The notes beneath the pieces are model-generated. The model had not been told where the DNA came from and ran no database searches. It worked only from the letters and a program-made list of their open reading frames with translations. The position numbers were made by a program, and so were the translations under genes. This document shows, one piece after another, positions 16,796 through 20,000 of a stretch of DNA of 20,000 bases; within the stretch, counting starts at the first letter, position 1; each line of letters opens with the position of its first letter. This stretch comes from an uncultured virus (IMG/VR IMGVR_UViG_3300000301_000027) (lineage: Duplodnaviria; Heunggongvirae; Uroviricota; Caudoviricetes; Crassvirales), in the IMG/VR virus record IMGVR_UViG_3300000301_000027. One strand, given 5' to 3'.

Positions 16796-19072
16796 TTACC
16801 AAAAAGAATTATCAGCAAAATTACTAGTAAAGAAGGGATCATTACCCAGATAATTTTTTCTAGTTTTTTTACCAATAGATGTTCCTTCTCCTGGAAGATA
16901 TTTCATATTATTTTCTCTAATAATCATCAACATACCTAAAGCAGAAACTCTATCTGCATTTATATCAGGATTCCACATTATAAGTTCTTTTATCAGAGCT
17001 ATTCCTCTTAATCTTTGTAGATTCTTAACAGTAGTAATCTTTTCTACTTCATCACCATGTTCATCTAATTCAACTTTAGTTTGTTTTACAGGCATTAATA
17101 GCCAGTCTCTAATCAATCTTCTAGCATAAGCATTTACTTGTTTTCCTGAATTAGTACCTTTAGACTTATTACCATACATAGAAGATTTTACTAATTCTAC
17201 ATCTCTTAAAATATCTGGAGTGTCACATAGTAAATGAGTACAATGATGATTAGAAAAATATGTAAATAAACCTTTTTTATCATTTTCATAATTTAATGAG
17301 GCATTGTAGAAAATAGCTAATCTTCTACATATTTCATAAAAATCATCTGCAAAATCAGGTCTACCTGTATATTCAGCTACAATCCTATCAGTGAACATGT
17401 CAAGGATAAATATACTGGGAAGAGATACAGTTGTACTATGATCATCATCAATAGGGTCAATACCACCAACATACCTATAACTAGGCACCTTTCCATTAAC
17501 TTCTTTAGGCAATTCATATATTTCTAATGCTCCTTTATGTCTATTATCTTTTAAGGGAAAATCTCTAATAGGATCATCATCTGTTGGTCTAAAAGAAATA
17601 TTTCCTTCAGGATCTTGATATAGTTCTCCAACTAAATGACCTCTATGCCATTCTATTTTATTTGATTCTATATAATTAAGATGATCTGTTAAATCAGCTA
17701 CAGGAAATAATGTGCCATCTCTTCTCATTACAGCTTCCTGAATAGACATAGGATGTTCAGCTATTCTCTGTGCTATAGTAGAAGGATCTGTAGAATTATA
17801 TTTAATAAATACTCTTTCTTTGACTTCCTCTAAAACAGCTTTAATAACATCTGAATTTCCATTTTTATCATAACATCCTTTTCTATTCATATACTCTCCT
17901 ATAAAGAGAATGGATTTAGAACCTCCTGATGTTCCTTTATCAAACATATTAGGAACTCCATAAACATTATATCCTAAGGGATTATAAATCATTTCTAAAG
18001 CACCACTAAAATCTGATCCTTCTGTACCTCCAGTTCCTAAAGCAATTGCTTGTCCAAAAGAATATCCACCTTCTTCTACATTAGGTCTACTAGTATTCCA
18101 TGCATCTATAAAACCAGGAAACATACCAAACTCCTCCCATATCATTAAATGAGATCTCTTTCCCCTGGCTTTATCAGAATCATTATTTAGTGATAATCCT
18201 ATAATTTCATTTCTAGTTCCTAAAGCTACATCTTTATTTCTAGTATCCTTAAATCCCATAATCCAATGCATTTCTTGATTAGAAGATTTTAATCTACTAG
18301 ATGGATATTGTGTATTTAAAGCTAAGAAATCTGTCATAGCTAATATCTTATTCAGAGTACCATCTTTTCTTAAATACTCTGTATTACTAGCTACAACAAC
18401 AGATTTTACTTTTTCACATACTTCTTTGTTTTCTCCTAAGATAAAATTTCTAGTAGCCATAGATGCTACTTTAAAAGATTTTCCTTTTCCTCTGGCTGCT
18501 ATTAAAGCTGAATGTTGACCTCCTTTGTATTCATTATACATTCCTCCATATCTAGCTTGATTTATATAATGAAAGAATATATAATCTCCATCATAGATAT
18601 CAGGAAAATCAACAACCCTATTTACAGCATTAGTATCTTTAATATTAGCTGTTGCTCTTTCTATTGGAGAATAGTTTAAATAAAAATAATGATAACCAGT
18701 AATCCATTCACCATCTGATGGTCTTTTACATCCATACCAACATTTAAGAACTTCTTTTCTTAACCATTTCATATATGGACTATTTGGATTACCATTAGGT
18801 CTTAAATTAGTATATTTACCATGTTTTTTAAAAGCTAATGCAGGTTTCCTAAAATAATCCATATTCTCTAATATGTGAGGCTTAACTACATTAACTATAA
18901 TTTTACCTTCTGAATCTCTTTCTAGATCTTTAGCATAAGGTCTATCTGGAGATATCATCCATCTTATAAATGGATAATTATTTAAATAGTCTAATAGTTC
19001 TGTTCTTTCTTCTTTAGCTAATGTTTCTAGAAACTCAGGAGTTAATTCTGTATTTACAGTATTAGTTACCAT
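16796..19072 (-). CDS. terL: Terminase large subunit (758 aa)
   Basis: Walker A (AARGKGKS), Walker B (LMIWEE), coupling motif (GTGG), RNase H-like nuclease motifs (GGIDP, YEND, N.DRVSAL) and the crAss-type ITGYHYFYLNY motif. Confidence 0.95.
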   Translation of the reverse strand: MVTNTVNTELTPEFLETLAKEERTELLDYLNNYPFIRWMISPDRPYAKDLERDSEGKIIVNVVKPHILENMDYFRKPALAFKKHGKYTNLRPNGNPNSPYMKWLRKEVLKCWYGCKRPSDGEWITGYHYFYLNYSPIERATANIKDTNAVNRVVDFPDIYDGDYIFFHYINQARYGGMYNEYKGGQHSALIAARGKGKSFKVASMATRNFILGENKEVCEKVKSVVVASNTEYLRKDGTLNKILAMTDFLALNTQYPSSRLKSSNQEMHWIMGFKDTRNKDVALGTRNEIIGLSLNNDSDKARGKRSHLMIWEEFGMFPGFIDAWNTSRPNVEEGGYSFGQAIALGTGGTEGSDFSGALEMIYNPLGYNVYGVPNMFDKGTSGGSKSILFIGEYMNRKGCYDKNGNSDVIKAVLEEVKERVFIKYNSTDPSTIAQRIAEHPMSIQEAVMRRDGTLFPVADLTDHLNYIESNKIEWHRGHLVGELYQDPEGNISFRPTDDDPIRDFPLKDNRHKGALEIYELPKEVNGKVPSYRYVGGIDPIDDDHSTTVSLPSIFILDMFTDRIVAEYTGRPDFADDFYEICRRLAIFYNASLNYENDKKGLFTYFSNHHCTHLLCDTPDILRDVELVKSSMYGNKSKGTNSGKQVNAYARRLIRDWLLMPVKQTKVELDEHGDEVEKITTVKNLQRLRGIALIKELIMWNPDINADRVSALGMLMIIRENNMKYLPGEGTSIGKKTRKNYLGNDPFFTSNFADNSFW

Positions 19073-19637
19073 CTTGTATTCCTTTTAAAGTTTCTATATC
19101 ATTAAAAGCTTTAAATCCACTATCTAGAATAGTTCTATCCTTAGATGTGATAGAATCTTCTTCAATTTCAGCTAATACTTCCCTTTCTAACTCTTTAAAT
19201 TCTTTTAATAAAGGTCCCACTTGTTTAATAGAACTTGTAGATTTATTAATTTCATTAGCATCCATATTTTTATAATCAGCCTCTCTTAAATTCTGAGTGA
19301 TCTTTCTAATAGCGACTCTAACATCATCTAATGCTGTAGAAAAAATAGTTACACTTAATTTAAGATAAGTGTTCATAGCTTTAGTTACAAGTTCATCTGG
19401 TTTCCATTTTTTAGGTAGATTTAAATCTGTCTTAATGGCTTCCATTCTTTCTGTAGGATCATCTATATAAAGATAATCTGATCTACTATCACAAAAGAAA
19501 AAAATAAATGATAATTCATTTATAGCATTCTCCTTTGTTTTAGATTTATCTCTTTTAACTAACTCCTTAAAGTCTACTATAGTTAATGCTTCTGGAGCTA
19601 TTTCTACTTTCCAATTTTCTAATTTAAATAGTTTCAT
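19062..19637 (-). CDS. Conserved protein upstream of terL (candidate terminase small subunit), about 191 aa
   Basis: Overlaps the terL start. ATG at 19637 (MKLFKLE) is preferred over the ORF-track TTG start, which lies in the terminator U-tract. TerS role is inferred from position only. Confidence 0.55.
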   Translation of the reverse strand: MKLFKLENWKVEIAPEALTIVDFKELVKRDKSKTKENAINELSFIFFFCDSRSDYLYIDDPTERMEAIKTDLNLPKKWKPDELVTKAMNTYLKLSVTIFSTALDDVRVAIRKITQNLREADYKNMDANEINKSTSSIKQVGPLLKEFKELEREVLAEIEEDSITSKDRTILDSGFKAFNDIETLKGIQDGN

Positions 19638-19644
19638 AATAAAC

Positions 19645-19673
19645 AAAAAAAGAGGAAGCTTTAAGCCTCCTCT
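19645..19673 (-). terminator. Rho-independent terminator after the GroES-like gene
   Basis: Minus strand AGAGGAGGCU-UAA-AGCUUCCUCU followed by UUUUUU; the UAA loop is the upstream gene's stop codon. Confidence 0.85.
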
Positions 19674-20000
19674 GTTACTACTTTATATCTAACATCTGAA
19701 TCATATAGAAAAAGAATCTCTTTATCTTCTGATTTTTCAATAGGTAAGTCTAAATAATATTCCCAACCATATTCTTCTTTAGAAGGATCAGGTTGAAAAG
19801 CTTTTTTCTTTTGTTCCCTTCTAATATAGTTTTTAGGATTAATTTCAATAACATCTCCTACTTTTAATTCTCTACTAGCAGTTCCTCCTAAAGCTAAAAT
19901 AGTTTGTCTGAGTTTAATAACTCCTTCTTGTTTGTCTAATAGAATTAATCCAGATTCTGTTTTATCAATATCTTCTTTAGTATATCTATCTGCTGTGGTT
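19661..20000 (-). CDS. GroES/Cpn10-like co-chaperonin (partial; C-terminal 112 aa; start outside the window)
   Basis: Not in the ORF track. Manual translation: ...KTESGLILLDKQEGVIKLRQTILALGGTASRELKVGDVIEINPKNY...EDKEILFLYDSDVRYKVVTEEA*. Matches the GroES mobile loop (KT.xGI/LIL), VxAxG, KVGD.V and the terminal E.L...ESDI..V strand. Confidence 0.7.
   Translation of the reverse strand, partial: TTADRYTKEDIDKTESGLILLDKQEGVIKLRQTILALGGTASRELKVGDVIEINPKNYIRREQKKKAFQPDPSKEEYGWEYYLDLPIEKSEDKEILFLYDSDVRYKVVTEEA

Noticed and set aside
765..16939. Plus-strand ORFs in the track (765-1043, 3269-3535, 4344-4721, 7710-7898, 7831-8028, 10891-11094, 15489-15680, 16757-16939)
   Set aside because: Short antisense shadows of well-supported minus-strand genes, with biased I/S/F-rich composition and no recognisable motifs.
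16796..19072. Intein or intron in terL (and in portal)
   Set aside because: Both ORFs are continuous, with ordinary lengths for crAss-like homologs and no splicing or LAGLIDADG motifs seen.
19638..19646. ORF-track TTG start at 19646
   Set aside because: It lies inside the terminator U-tract; the in-frame ATG at 19637 is more plausible.
1..20000. Stop-codon reassignment (TAG or TGA to Gln), known in some Crassvirales
   Set aside because: Long late genes (1900, 811 and 758 aa) are uninterrupted in the standard code, and TAG (225-227) and TGA (6739-6741, 14268-14270) occur at natural gene boundaries.

Overview
AT-rich window from the virion/packaging module of a crAss-like phage (Crassvirales, probable Bacteroidota host), with all genes on the minus strand. 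Order in transcription direction: GroES-like co-chaperonin (partial), conserved small protein (possible TerS), terminase large subunit, portal, small membrane/coiled-coil protein, acidic scaffold-like protein, major capsid protein (MCP), conserved gene-75-like protein, ring protein, auxiliary capsid protein, tail-hub-like protein, a 1900-aa modular tail fibre, two small tail-associated proteins and a partial structural gene. The main feature is a 1157-nt group I intron (12206..11050, minus strand) that splits the MCP gene. Its splice sites, P1/P10 guide pairings and catalytic core (P3, P4, P7, P8, P9) can be read directly from the sequence, and splicing restores a 497-aa MCP (junction RKVGD|VRYATPFSMRNEF). 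The intron carries a GIY-YIG homing endonuclease with four tandem HTH-like repeats, inserted in the P7.1 region. Also notable: an apparent fusion of a tail-hub-B-like domain to the giant fibre, a GroES with an internal insertion, and a repeated AAGGAGAAGAAG Shine-Dalgarno-like leader. Protein family calls come from motifs, synteny and recalled family features; no database search was run.
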